In this document: one piece after another, positions 1 through 9,936 of the stretch
How positions within the stretch are numbered: the first letter of the stretch is position 1
Layout of the letters: every line of letters starts with the position of its first letter
Origin: a virus
Lineage: Duplodnaviria; Caudoviricetes
Direction: 5' to 3' (one strand)
Virus record (IMG/VR): IMGVR_UViG_3300036975_000163
Location: 1-34,044 of that record
DNA length: 34,044 nucleotides
Translations under genes and position numbers: made by a program
The notes under the pieces: generated by a model
What the model saw: only the letters and a program-made list of their open reading frames with translations
Database searches by the model: none
Told to the model about the DNA's origin: nothing

Positions 1-2
1 AT

Positions 3-785
3 ATAAGGGCAGGTATTCCCAGCGCCAACGGTGACGGGGGAATTCCCCGAATCTTCAAAATGCCCGCTCGTGTTTGCGGTGTCTACCTGAAAATTAGCCG
101 CCGTCTGTTTGCAGTCGAATTGTGTATAAAGTGATTCGTCTCCAGCGTCCATGTCGATCGTGTTTTCGTTCTGGGCCGAGCCAAGAACTTCTTTTGTGCA
201 TTGCACTCGACGCTGCATGGGGGTATCGGCCGCATGAGAAACGTCTATCGTATTGCCCGCCACCATCGCAGCGTTATTGCCACTTGACCACGTAAGCCCC
301 CCCACATTATCATCAACATATTTTTTATTCGCAACTTCATAATCTGCATCAGGTGCTTCTGACGGCGTGATCGGAAAACTTGAAAACGTCTTGTTGCCCG
401 CTATGGTCTCGTCGCCTGTGGTCTCCACGTATTGAGTATGGGGATCCCCGGTTGTAAGATTAGCAAGTCCGGCATGATCTATCTGCGCCCCATCTCCCCC
501 GGAGTGATCGTGGCTGTCTCCGTTTGTAACACCCTCTGCGGCAGGGGCAAAATCACTCGCCGCATACCCTGAATCCTGAAGCGTTTCGTCTGATGCGATT
601 GAAACAAGATTATTTTCGGTTCCACCGGGGATCCCCCCAAAAAAATCCTTGAGGGTATTGAGATAAATCTGTCTGCTTCTATCGTCGCTCACAACCCCTT
701 TCACCAGATACAGAACATCATTGTTCTGAGGATCGGTTTCTATGGGTCGTTCTGTCAACTTTTCAGTTTCAATAACAAACGGCAT
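3..785 (-). CDS. Tail fibre-like protein (3' end outside window)
   Basis: Absent from the ORF track. ATG at 785 overlaps the upstream TGA (TGATG) and the frame stays open to the edge: MPFVIETEKL...GVTNGDSHDHSGGDGAQIDH...TGDETIAGNKTFSS...VANKKYVDD, motifs typical of tail fibre shafts. Confidence 0.75.
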   Translation of the reverse strand, partial: MPFVIETEKLTERPIETDPQNNDVLYLVKGVVSDDRSRQIYLNTLKDFFGGIPGGTENNLVSIASDETLQDSGYAASDFAPAAEGVTNGDSHDHSGGDGAQIDHAGLANLTTGDPHTQYVETTGDETIAGNKTFSSFPITPSEAPDADYEVANKKYVDDNVGGLTWSSGNNAAMVAGNTIDVSHAADTPMQRRVQCTKEVLGSAQNENTIDMDAGDESLYTQFDCKQTAANFQVDTANTSGHFEDSGNSPVTVGAGNTCPY

Positions 786-3010
786 CACTCAATCTCCAGC
801 AATCTCACTCTTTCATATGCTAACACTGTGGATACCCCTCCCCCCGCCGTGGCCACGGCGCCGCTTTCCTCAACATACAGTTTATTTTTGATCACCAAAA
901 TGTTCCCCCCGCCGCTCCGGGCGTAACACCCGTCCACCTCACAGAGCGTCTTGATCACGTCCAGGGGATACTCGTTTTCCACCACCAGGGCCCCGGCCAA
1001 AATAGTGAAGTCCGGCACCCGGTAGTCCAGCACCAGGTTGTAGTCGTCACAGATATCACTGATGACGTTTCGCCTGGTGGTCACCTCGTTCCACGCCCGG
1101 GTCATCTTCGCCGCATAGGGATAAAAAAGGAGCGCCGCCCGGTTCCTCCCCCATATCTGCCCCGTCGTCTCCCGGGGGCGCTCCGAAAGGTTGTCGTTGT
1201 CCCAAAAATAGGTGTCGTACAATTCGTTTCCGATATACACGGCGATCCGCGGAACGTCAAAGTCGTCGTCGGCCCGGGTCCGCATTCGATTCATCACCAG
1301 GCGATACTCGTCCACCACCATCAGCCGCACCGTGTTCGGCACCGAATCGATGGCCTCAACCAGCTCCACCTGGCTGATGGCGTCGGTCCAGTCCTCGTCG
1401 TCGATAAACACGTAAAAAGTCCTGATAGTGTACGTCACGCCGTCAATAGTCACGGCGCCGTTTATCACGTCGTAGGTCTCGCCGTCCACGGTCACCGTCC
1501 CGTCCTCCACGGCATAGGTGGTGCCGTCGATTGTCACAAATTTGTCCGCCGTGTAGGTCTCCGTATCGTCGCCGATGGCGTTGATCAAAAGCAGATCGTC
1601 GCTGTCATATATCTTTCCGATATCGTTGACGAGCTCAAGGTCGGCTGACGCCCGGGACCTGATGGCATTCTCCAAAAGAAGTGAATCCCCGCCCTCGTGC
1701 CGCGTCTGATGACCTGTCAATCCCAGCAGCCTGTTGTGAAGAATCAGCACCGGCGCGCTCTCCACCACCGTCCGCCCCCAGATCATGTCGTAAGAGAACG
1801 ACCGGTTGATCAGCTTGATGGTGCCGGAGTTGATTTTCAGGTTATCAAGTTCATATACATTGAGTGCTGCATTGGAAAAACATCGCAGCATGATAACGAT
1901 ATCGTCTGTAAATCCGGAAAGATCGCTTCCTATTTGCACCCACGAAGATCCATTCCAATAGTATCCTCGGAATGTGCTGTCGCTTCTGACAATACGAAGT
2001 TTCCCGGAAGTGTCGGATGTATTTTGTGTTCCGCTCCCAGTTGACGCACCGTCTACATAACACTCAATAAAGTACCGATGGATCGAAGAGGTTTTTTGCA
2101 AGGTTGCATATATGTAATTTTCAAGACTGTCACGTTGATCATTGATTGATGCAGCTAAAAACAAAGCCATTCGAGCAGTCCCCGCGCCCGCATTAAGCGT
2201 TGTATAATCAAAATCAATTTGTATGTCAAAATCGCCCGATATCCTTAAACACCGATCAAACCATATTGAACCATAAGCCTCTATGCCGCCGCTGTTAAAT
2301 ACCAGCTTGTCGTCCACCGAAAAAACAGACCCGGATTCCGCGTATTCATTATCAACACAATAAAATATCGGCTCGATCTGCGTCCCGTCAAAACCGTACC
2401 CGTCGGAGAACGGCTCGTCGGTGAAGGGATACCCCGCCACAAACCAGGTATCCTCGTGCACGTTCGCCCGATACGGCTCGATGGGGTCGGTCTCCACCAG
2501 CGTCTCGCCGTCGTCGTCGGTGAGGGTCAGGACCACCTTCCGGTCCCCGTCCTTTTTCATAACCAGATAATACGCCCCGGCCTGGATGAACCCGCTGGCC
2601 GAAAAAGGGATGGTGTCCGTCGTCCACGCACCGGCGGGGCTCCAGGCATACACATCGCCGCCGCTTTCCCGCACGCACAGGTGCACCGCGTCCCAGCCGC
2701 ACCGCCAAGCCCACACCCTTCGATTGTCCCGAAACTCCAAGAGCGTCATCAACTCCGGCTGCTCCGTGGAAGCTACCACCGCCCCCATCACTCCAACGGT
2801 CTCTGTGGGTATCAGGTCGGCGGTGATCTTCCAAGACTCGGTCAGCTTCTTTCGGGACACCAGCATCCCCGCCTGGCCCGTCGTGCGCCCGATGGTCACA
2901 ATGCCGGAACCTGAGGTTGATAGATAAGACGCGCCGGTATCGGAAAGATCGGATGCCAGACCTATGTCGGAGGACCCGATAAAGTTTTCCTGAAAAATAA
3001 CGCTGCCCAT
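785..3010 (-). CDS. Tail tip / baseplate hub-like protein with N-terminal lectin-like (ConA-type) domains
   Basis: 741 aa. KLRIVRSDSTFRGYYWNGSSWVQIG resembles ConA-like beta sandwiches, there are three VTIDGxTY repeats, and the C-terminus is hub-like (YPLDVIKTLCEVDG). It lies downstream of the tape measure gene. Confidence 0.6.
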   Translation of the reverse strand: MGSVIFQENFIGSSDIGLASDLSDTGASYLSTSGSGIVTIGRTTGQAGMLVSRKKLTESWKITADLIPTETVGVMGAVVASTEQPELMTLLEFRDNRRVWAWRCGWDAVHLCVRESGGDVYAWSPAGAWTTDTIPFSASGFIQAGAYYLVMKKDGDRKVVLTLTDDDGETLVETDPIEPYRANVHEDTWFVAGYPFTDEPFSDGYGFDGTQIEPIFYCVDNEYAESGSVFSVDDKLVFNSGGIEAYGSIWFDRCLRISGDFDIQIDFDYTTLNAGAGTARMALFLAASINDQRDSLENYIYATLQKTSSIHRYFIECYVDGASTGSGTQNTSDTSGKLRIVRSDSTFRGYYWNGSSWVQIGSDLSGFTDDIVIMLRCFSNAALNVYELDNLKINSGTIKLINRSFSYDMIWGRTVVESAPVLILHNRLLGLTGHQTRHEGGDSLLLENAIRSRASADLELVNDIGKIYDSDDLLLINAIGDDTETYTADKFVTIDGTTYAVEDGTVTVDGETYDVINGAVTIDGVTYTIRTFYVFIDDEDWTDAISQVELVEAIDSVPNTVRLMVVDEYRLVMNRMRTRADDDFDVPRIAVYIGNELYDTYFWDNDNLSERPRETTGQIWGRNRAALLFYPYAAKMTRAWNEVTTRRNVISDICDDYNLVLDYRVPDFTILAGALVVENEYPLDVIKTLCEVDGCYARSGGGNILVIKNKLYVEESGAVATAGGGVSTVLAYERVRLLEIE

Positions 3011-3013
3011 ATG

Positions 3014-3655
3014 CTACCGTGCAAATACCTCTATGGTTAAAGATCCCGTGTTTTTTCCTACTATATCGTCAATGCCCCACCACACCTGCTTGTCGTCCCC
3101 CAGATACAGGATCACCGGTGAAGCCTGAAACTCATCCTCGGCTTCCTGCTCGGTGTCATAGGAATCAAAAGGACCGAGGAGTGTAAAGTCAATTTCAGTT
3201 ACTACGCAGCAAAATCCCCGCCAGGAAGGATCCTCTCCACCGTCGTTCCAGGCCCCCGACTTGCCGACAACCATAACCTCAGTATAGCCGTGCAGCGTCA
3301 ATCCCGCAATATATCCGTTATAGTCTCCCGGTACCTTGGCCAGCGTCGCCCAATCTGAGCTATCAAGAGTGAACTGCCCCATCGAAGTCCAAAAACCCTC
3401 TTTGACCCGATCCTCGACACCAACGGTGATCACCCACCTCCCCCGCCGGATCACAGGTTCCTCAACGGTGATCACCAACCGGAGAGGAACCGTCCCGGGA
3501 GTCGGAACTTCAGGAACCGTGATAACCCACCGTCCCCTGGAATCATGCGTCGTCGAAGATTCTCCGGCCGCCTCTAACGCTGCGAGTGCATCGGGTAAAT
3601 TATCATAGGTACTTACTTTGCCGTTTATGTTAACGGTATATTTCTGGACGGCCAT
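3014..3655 (-). CDS. Putative tail-associated protein
   Basis: 213 aa in the tail module, 3-nt gaps to both neighbours, three (G/L)R(W/L)VITV repeats. Confidence 0.6.
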   Translation of the reverse strand: MAVQKYTVNINGKVSTYDNLPDALAALEAAGESSTTHDSRGRWVITVPEVPTPGTVPLRLVITVEEPVIRRGRWVITVGVEDRVKEGFWTSMGQFTLDSSDWATLAKVPGDYNGYIAGLTLHGYTEVMVVGKSGAWNDGGEDPSWRGFCCVVTEIDFTLLGPFDSYDTEQEAEDEFQASPVILYLGDDKQVWWGIDDIVGKNTGSLTIEVFAR

Positions 3656-3658
3656 CTC

Positions 3659-4945
3659 CTAAAAATCCCACACAACCTTCAACCCGCACCGGTTCGGCAC
3701 CTGGCGATTGCACGCCGCGGGGCCGATGTTCTTCAACCAGATGCCCGCATACCTCCCCGCGGTGGTAAACACCAGGGTGTCACCGGTTGCAAAGCTCCCG
3801 GTCCACCCGGCGGACGGTATCGTGAAGTACACACCCCCCCAGTGAGCTGGAGAAATGTTGCTAAAAATCCCGCCGTTATAGACCACGCCGCTTCGGGCCC
3901 CGGAGATGGACACCTGGGTGCTGGAGGTAAACGTCACCGTGAAGGTATCGTCCACGGTGCCCACGCCGTTGGGATCGCCGGTGATCGGATAGCCGGAGTG
4001 GTTGAAGCTCCCGCCGGACGCCGCAACGGTCATGTTGACGTCACTCACCGCAGCTTCCAGCGTGCCCACCGGCACCCCGCAGGCCACCACCGTACCGTCG
4101 CTCCCCCGGTGCTCGTCCGAATCAAACCCCAGCTCGGAAAGGGCGTCCCCGGCGATGATCTGGAAATAGTGGTTATTATAGTACAGGTCATGGGTGATGG
4201 TCACCTGCCCGGCGGAAGCCGTTGCCGTGATGTCGCACCCGGTCACACCGGACGCCGCGGCGTTGATGGCCGACGCCACCAAAGCGGCCGTGGTGTGGGC
4301 CGAGGTGAAGATCGTCGAGAACGTATACGCCCCGTCCACCCGAAAGGTCAAAAACTTCCCGTCCAGGGAAAACGTCTCCGTCTCCGTCCCGGCCATGGAC
4401 GCCTTCGTTTTCACCGGGTAGGCGTACTGGGTCACGGCGCTGGCCGCCGTCAGGGTGGCCTCCTTATCATCCCAGCTCACCCCGCCGCTGGCCGCAAGGA
4501 TCAGCCGCTCGAACCTGCCGTTTACCCGGTTGTGCAAAAACATCATGGAGCCGTCATAGATGGTGTTTGCCGCCTCGAAATCGGCGAGAAAGGACGACGC
4601 CCCCACATTGGCCGATGCCGCCAACTCCCCGGCCCCGGCCCAATTGGAATAGGCGCTTGCATCCGCCAGGGTATCCAGGGCGGTACCGATATGCGTCAGA
4701 AAATAATCAGCACCCTCGGATATCCGGTTCTGATACACCCACCCGTTGGCGAAGGGATCCGTCCCCTCGGGACGAAAAAATGCCTTTCTGAACGTCTCCC
4801 AGCCCGCGTCCCGTGTCGTCTCGTCGATGTCGTCAAAAAGGTTTTGAGCGATCCCCGTCTGGATATCAGTGTTGACGATCGCTCCACCGCACGACGCCCC
4901 GTCGGACTCCACCGCAGCATGTTTCCACTTCACCGTCAGTGCCAT
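3659..4945 (-). CDS. Tail / baseplate structural protein
   Basis: Start chosen at ATG 4945 (MALTVKWK), 2 nt after the upstream stop. The N-terminal GG...NLFDDI...RKAF motif and the Gly/Thr/Ser-rich beta composition fit a virion protein. Confidence 0.7.
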   Translation of the reverse strand: MALTVKWKHAAVESDGASCGGAIVNTDIQTGIAQNLFDDIDETTRDAGWETFRKAFFRPEGTDPFANGWVYQNRISEGADYFLTHIGTALDTLADASAYSNWAGAGELAASANVGASSFLADFEAANTIYDGSMMFLHNRVNGRFERLILAASGGVSWDDKEATLTAASAVTQYAYPVKTKASMAGTETETFSLDGKFLTFRVDGAYTFSTIFTSAHTTAALVASAINAAASGVTGCDITATASAGQVTITHDLYYNNHYFQIIAGDALSELGFDSDEHRGSDGTVVACGVPVGTLEAAVSDVNMTVAASGGSFNHSGYPITGDPNGVGTVDDTFTVTFTSSTQVSISGARSGVVYNGGIFSNISPAHWGGVYFTIPSAGWTGSFATGDTLVFTTAGRYAGIWLKNIGPAACNRQVPNRCGLKVVWDF

Positions 4946-4947
4946 CT

Positions 4948-5391
4948 CTATACCCTCACCATGTAAATCGTGCCATAGCACATCAGTTTATGATATGTGT
5001 CCATATATTGCATGTCCAGCACCGTATCAATGGAGTAGTCCGCTTCCACGGAGTAGGTGGTGGCCCCGTCGTCCTCGGAAAACTCCATCGTGATCCCTTC
5101 GCCAAAAAGCACACGCAGCTCTTCCACCCATTCGGCCCAAATCAACCCGTCCTTATCGTTGCCCACCAGCGTCACCGGAAGTCCAATCAGCGACCGCGGG
5201 TAGGACTGGCGATGCATCCCCCCACCCACCGTTTCGAACTTCGATCCCACCCGGAGTACATGCAAATACTTGTCCTCCCACAGCGGCGCGGTTACAAAGT
5301 AGATGCGGTCCGCCTCGTCGGCCCCGGGGCGGGCGATGTAGGTGTTCGACTTTATCGTTTCATTCACGTGAAGCATCAGATACTCTCCCAC
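4948..5391 (-). CDS. Putative distal tail protein
   Basis: 147 aa, overlaps the upstream gene, located after the tape measure gene. Function inferred from position only. Confidence 0.55.
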   Translation of the reverse strand: MGEYLMLHVNETIKSNTYIARPGADEADRIYFVTAPLWEDKYLHVLRVGSKFETVGGGMHRQSYPRSLIGLPVTLVGNDKDGLIWAEWVEELRVLFGEGITMEFSEDDGATTYSVEADYSIDTVLDMQYMDTYHKLMCYGTIYMVRV

Positions 5392-5873
5392 TCCACCGTC
5401 AGGATAACCCTCGCCATACCGTCGGTCTCGCTCTCGGTCAACGCCGCGTCCGTCACCATGGCGGCGTAGTCGTCGGTCAGGCGGACCTCGGACCAGGTGT
5501 ACTCCAGCAAAAGCTCCGTTAAAAGCTCCACGAAGTCTACCGGCGGGGGGGTGTAGGGTTTTCTTTTCCCTTCGTCGTTAAAAAATACCTCCACCGGCTC
5601 TATTCCCTCGTCAAGCACAAAGAACGCCCGGTTGTCGTTCTCCTCCACCCATCCCTCAGGCAGATCAAAACCTACCTCCAGAGCGCCGTTCACCTGCTCC
5701 GCATACCATTCCCCGGGCGACTTCGGCTCGTGCATGCATCCGTTGGGTATCTCCATCCCGTCGTACACGGTGCGGCTGTACTCCGCATGGAGTTCCCGCC
5801 GTTCCCGGTTGACCGTCTTCCTCTGCTCAAAAAGCTCCCAGATGTACTCTTCTAACTCCCCCCGATCAATCAC
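5376..5873 (-). CDS. Putative tail protein
   Basis: 165 aa, GTG start with GGAG upstream, immediately after the tape measure gene. Confidence 0.55.
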   Translation of the reverse strand: MIDRGELEEYIWELFEQRKTVNRERRELHAEYSRTVYDGMEIPNGCMHEPKSPGEWYAEQVNGALEVGFDLPEGWVEENDNRAFFVLDEGIEPVEVFFNDEGKRKPYTPPPVDFVELLTELLLEYTWSEVRLTDDYAAMVTDAALTESETDGMARVILTVEWESI

Positions 5874-5883
5874 CCTTCTCCCC

Positions 5884-8694
5884 CTACTCTCCCGACATCA
5901 ACGCCTCATCAATTGAACTGTGTTGTGAAGCTGACGCTCCTGAACCGCCCGGCATATTCAGCCCCTCAAGATTCTTTTTCATGGAAATAATCAAATTTAA
6001 CGAATGCTCAAGGTTTTCCTTAAATGTCTTGGTGGAGGTAACAACTTCCTGGAATCCAGGTGTAAGCCCTTCATTCAATGTTGATGTGATCTTCGGTATG
6101 ATGTCTTCCCCAATATTTGTAAGATCGCCCTTCGTATTGGTTATCACCGTACCGATATCGGTAATAGCATTACCCCAACTCACCGTGGAGATGGTCACCT
6201 TGTCGACACCTTCCTCGATGTCCTTGGCCGCTTTTTCATTCTCCATAGCATATATGGCAAGATGCCGAAACTGATCCTCTCCCGTAAGATCCTGGAGTTT
6301 GATCCGCAGATCGGAAAGAATAGTGTTATACTTCTTAACATCCTCGGCTCCGCCCGTATATTTCAGCGCCTCGAAGTACCTGATGCGCTTCTTCAGCATA
6401 GTATCGCTCATGTTGTCGCCCACGCCGGCCAGGGCCGCAAGGGACTTCGACACCTCGTTGGTAATATCCTCCTGGTTTTTCTTGACCGCCTCGGTCACCT
6501 TCTCCAGGTCACGATACGCCTCCACATACCACCGAAAGGCGGACTCATACCCGGGATCACCCTCCTGCAAGCGGTCCAAAGCCTCCTTCGCTTTCTCAAC
6601 CTCCTCCGCGTACACCGCCAGGTAGTTTTTCTCGGACATCTCCCCCATATCAAACTGAAACTCTGCCTTGAAGATCTGAAAATCACTGATATCTTCCAGT
6701 TTGTCGTAATATCCCTCAAGTGTTTCTTTCGCTGTTTCTATGGAATCTATAAAATCATTAAAATCTTCCTCCCCTGTGGGAATATCACCGGCTTTGAGTT
6801 TATCAATAAGGCTCATGAATGCTTCCTCGGTGGCTTCTATTTCTCCAAGAACATCCTCGAATGTTAAAGTGCCAAGGAGATCCTTCACGTAATATCCTCC
6901 ACCAAGAGCATTGAACATTTCGGTTATTGCTTCTTCTATTTCCTCTGCGCCATTTGTCACATCTTCAACTATATCGCCAAAATCCATATCTTCGGAAAAA
7001 TCAAGCCACATGTTCAAAAACGCTTTCTCTCGGGCATACAAACCTGAAAACCAATCACCGCCCGCCGCTATCGGATCCTCATTCTTCAAGCGTTGAACTT
7101 CAGCATGAAATATCTTTAACCATCCAACCGCCATGGACCCGGAGTCTGCAACACTTCCAAAAAATTTACCAAGTCTCGAAAGTTCTGGTTTTGCAAGTTC
7201 TGCCCCCACCAGTTTGAGAGCATTGGCGAATCTCTTCCACTGAACATTGAAGCTGTCCATATTCGTCTCGGCGATCTTGTCCAGCATTCCTTCCATGTCT
7301 CCGGTCTCGATATAATTAATCATCTCCTGGAGATCATCAAAGTTTCTCACCAGAGCCAGGATAGCCGGGGCGCCTCGAAGGCCGGCTGTTTCCAACCAGA
7401 AACCAAACTCCTCTATGGAAAGCGCACCACTCCCTATTTTCTCATTGAGCTGTGAAAACACACTCATGAGTTGATCGCCGAACGGCTGAGCCTTGTCAAC
7501 CACAAGACCGTATTTTCCAACCAGCACGTCCATATCCTGGGTGAGCTGACTGAGGGATACACGGATACCCCGTCCCGCTATACCACCGAACAGCATGTTA
7601 TTGTTCAGCACCGCAATCATAGCCGCCAGGTGCTCAAAAGAAAGTCCCGCAGCGTCGGCGGCGCTCATGGAATGCTTGAACCCCTGCACCAGCGTATCGG
7701 CGTCCACCATGGACCGGTTCATCACCATGGCCAGCACGTCGCCGATGTAGGCGAACGCCTCTGCCTCGTTCCTTGTTTTCAAAAGCTCTTCCCGGAAGGT
7801 CATGAAAATGCCGGCGGTCATGCGGGTGGCGGTCCCGATGTCGTCCACCTCGGTATAGAGCAGTTTCAGGTTGGTGTCGACACCGGCCAGCGCCTCCGCG
7901 GCGGAAAGACCGGCCGACTTCAGCTCCCACTGGATCTTTGCGATGTCCTCAACGGCGGCCCCGTAATCGATCATTTTCTTGGCAAGATCGTAGTAGATGT
8001 TATCGTACTGCTTCATGAAATCGGCGACTTCGGTCATGGAGGACAGCACTTTCCTGGTCGCCTCGTCAAGGTCACGATACGCGGTGGTGGCGCCCCGAAC
8101 CGCCGCCCCCATACCGGCCATGGCCGCGAACATAATGGCGATCACGCCGAACCTGGACGCCGCCACAAACGTCATCGCTTCGGTGAGTCCTGCCAGAGCA
8201 ACCTTCAGCCGGGTTGTCCCCACCGTGGCGGCAAAGGTGCTGCTCTTGAGAAGCGCCATCGCCTTGATGGGATGACGCACCATCGTCTGGGAAAGAATGG
8301 CAAAACCGCGGGAAGCGGAATAGGCGTTCGCCTCTATCTGTTCAAGCGAGAGCTCCCCCCTGTGAATGGCCACAGCCATCTTTTCAAGGGAGTGGAGCGT
8401 TCTTTGGGGCACCACCTGCTGGTTTGCAACCGCAGCCTGGCGAGATGCGGTCGTCATGCGGGTCTCGGCGGCAACTACGTCATTGAGCTCACGAGCGAAC
8501 CTCTCGGCCCGTGTCGACGCCCTGTCAAACCCGGTGCTGGCCGTCTCTACATCTCGTAGCTCCCGGGCAAACCGATCCCACCTGGTTTGAGACTGCCCCA
8601 GGGTTCTTTCCATCTGGAGCAGGGCCTTGGAAGCCCTGTTTAAATTGGCCTCTCCCTGGACTCTAAATGTTATGTTCGCGGTATCTTCACTCAT
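5884..8694 (-). CDS. Tail tape measure protein (TP901-like core)
   Basis: 936 aa, Ala/Leu-rich and helical. The core SAADAAGLSFEHLAAMIAVLNNNMLFGGIAGRGIR matches the TP901-type pattern, and it lies downstream of the chaperone. Confidence 0.92.
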   Translation of the reverse strand: MSEDTANITFRVQGEANLNRASKALLQMERTLGQSQTRWDRFARELRDVETASTGFDRASTRAERFARELNDVVAAETRMTTASRQAAVANQQVVPQRTLHSLEKMAVAIHRGELSLEQIEANAYSASRGFAILSQTMVRHPIKAMALLKSSTFAATVGTTRLKVALAGLTEAMTFVAASRFGVIAIMFAAMAGMGAAVRGATTAYRDLDEATRKVLSSMTEVADFMKQYDNIYYDLAKKMIDYGAAVEDIAKIQWELKSAGLSAAEALAGVDTNLKLLYTEVDDIGTATRMTAGIFMTFREELLKTRNEAEAFAYIGDVLAMVMNRSMVDADTLVQGFKHSMSAADAAGLSFEHLAAMIAVLNNNMLFGGIAGRGIRVSLSQLTQDMDVLVGKYGLVVDKAQPFGDQLMSVFSQLNEKIGSGALSIEEFGFWLETAGLRGAPAILALVRNFDDLQEMINYIETGDMEGMLDKIAETNMDSFNVQWKRFANALKLVGAELAKPELSRLGKFFGSVADSGSMAVGWLKIFHAEVQRLKNEDPIAAGGDWFSGLYAREKAFLNMWLDFSEDMDFGDIVEDVTNGAEEIEEAITEMFNALGGGYYVKDLLGTLTFEDVLGEIEATEEAFMSLIDKLKAGDIPTGEEDFNDFIDSIETAKETLEGYYDKLEDISDFQIFKAEFQFDMGEMSEKNYLAVYAEEVEKAKEALDRLQEGDPGYESAFRWYVEAYRDLEKVTEAVKKNQEDITNEVSKSLAALAGVGDNMSDTMLKKRIRYFEALKYTGGAEDVKKYNTILSDLRIKLQDLTGEDQFRHLAIYAMENEKAAKDIEEGVDKVTISTVSWGNAITDIGTVITNTKGDLTNIGEDIIPKITSTLNEGLTPGFQEVVTSTKTFKENLEHSLNLIISMKKNLEGLNMPGGSGASASQHSSIDEALMSGE

Positions 8695-9206
8695 CTCAAT
8701 CTTCCAGATCCGCCGGTAAAAGGCCAGTTTTCCGGCGGTGTCGCACGATAACCTCTCCTGGTTCGCTTGATGTTACGGAAACCCTGGGCTTCTAATGCAT
8801 TCCTGAAAACATCCTTATTTTTTCCCCTCACAACATTAGGATTCGCCCTCACACGAAGACCCATCTCTTTGGTCCGCAGCACCTCGGCCCTGGTATGATG
8901 CGATTCGCTGCTATGCAGTCTCCCGGTATGCCACTTTGGAAAATACTGTGTCGTCCGGTAATCCTCGTGGTTGCTGTAAACGCCTACCATGGGAAGCCGA
9001 ATGGTTACTTCCTTCTCCCCCTGTTTTCTTTCAATCACAACAGATTTTTGCAGATTTCCCGTCAACACAGGCATCGTTTTTTTGATCTCGGAATACATCT
9101 CATCTGCACGCTCGCATACCTTCTGATATGTTCGCTGGGGTGCGGTCTCCAGCCGCGCAGCCAACCGGGTCAGCTCCCCTTTCCCTGTGATCTGTATCTT
9201 GAACAT
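8691..9206 (-). CDS. HK97 gp10-like tail completion protein
   Basis: 171 aa, basic. IQITGKGEL...KKTMPVLTGNLQKSV matches the PVxTGxLxxS family motif. ATGA overlap with the tape measure start. Confidence 0.65.
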   Translation of the reverse strand: MFKIQITGKGELTRLAARLETAPQRTYQKVCERADEMYSEIKKTMPVLTGNLQKSVVIERKQGEKEVTIRLPMVGVYSNHEDYRTTQYFPKWHTGRLHSSESHHTRAEVLRTKEMGLRVRANPNVVRGKNKDVFRNALEAQGFRNIKRTRRGYRATPPENWPFTGGSGRLR

Positions 9207-9882
9207 TACGTGTATCCGAACATCTTGTTTACCAGCCAGTAGACTTCGACATCGGCGGGGTCATGCTTGGTCTCATCCCTCATGATTTTTCCGTCCGACC
9301 GTATCATGGATGGATCAACGGAAAACCCCTTGTCTGTGATCTTCACGTCTTTCTTCCTCTGCCGATAGGCGGCAAGCACCATCACCCAGGCAAATGTCAC
9401 CACTGGCTCGCACGGTTCCCCGTACCAGATATGGTGAAACAGTTCAACAACCTCTTTTGCCCCCCCCAGTTCGGAGCGCAAAGAGTGCGCCCATTCCAGC
9501 GCGGGGAGGGCGGCTATTTTTTTGCCTGGCCCTCGTCCGGGATGAAGGCGTCGATGTGATTCCCGAGAACCATGCTGGTGACGAACATCTTGAGCTGCGA
9601 AAAAGCCACGCCTCCGGGATCCACATCCTCGGGCCTGTCCCACACCGTCTTTCCGTCTTCGTCCTTCAGGCCAATCGCGGCAATGTACCGCACCATCTCG
9701 TCGGTAACCGCCGCATCATCCCCGGATTTTACCCGTTCAAGAGCATACGTCCGGGCCTCGATCATGATGCTATCGGGTAACCCCAGGTCGAAGAACATCT
9801 TGTAGGTTTCCCCCGCAAAATCAAGGGTGATGGGTATTTTTTTTGTTTTGATCTTGTTTAAACGGTCTCCCAGTTTTCCCAT
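9206..9882 (-). CDS. Tail assembly chaperone, -1 frameshift product (lambda GT-like)
   Basis: Slippery A AAA AAA at 9523-9517. The -1 frame continues KKIAALPALEW... to the stop at 9206, adjoining the next gene. Confidence 0.75.
9514..9882 (-). CDS. Tail assembly chaperone (lambda G-like)
   Basis: 122 aa directly after the tail tube gene, AAGGAG SD, ends GCA AAA AAA TAG. Confidence 0.8.
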   Translation of the reverse strand: MGKLGDRLNKIKTKKIPITLDFAGETYKMFFDLGLPDSIMIEARTYALERVKSGDDAAVTDEMVRYIAAIGLKDEDGKTVWDRPEDVDPGGVAFSQLKMFVTSMVLGNHIDAFIPDEGQAKK

Positions 9883-9896
9883 AAACCACTCCTTTT

Positions 9897-9926
9897 AAAA
9901 AACAGGGGCGGCGTTATTGCCGCCCC
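9897..9926 (-). terminator. Intrinsic terminator after tail tube gene
   Basis: GGGGCGGC-aataac-GCCGCCCC followed by TGTTTTTT on the minus strand. Confidence 0.8.
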
Positions 9927-9936
9927 GTAGGTTGAA

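Noticed and set aside
1-3655. Diversity-generating retroelement targeting tail genes
   Set aside because: No reverse transcriptase or TR/VR repeat pair was seen in the window.
9206-9643. Independent 145-aa gene starting at 9643
   Set aside because: It is better explained as the -1 frameshift extension of the chaperone.
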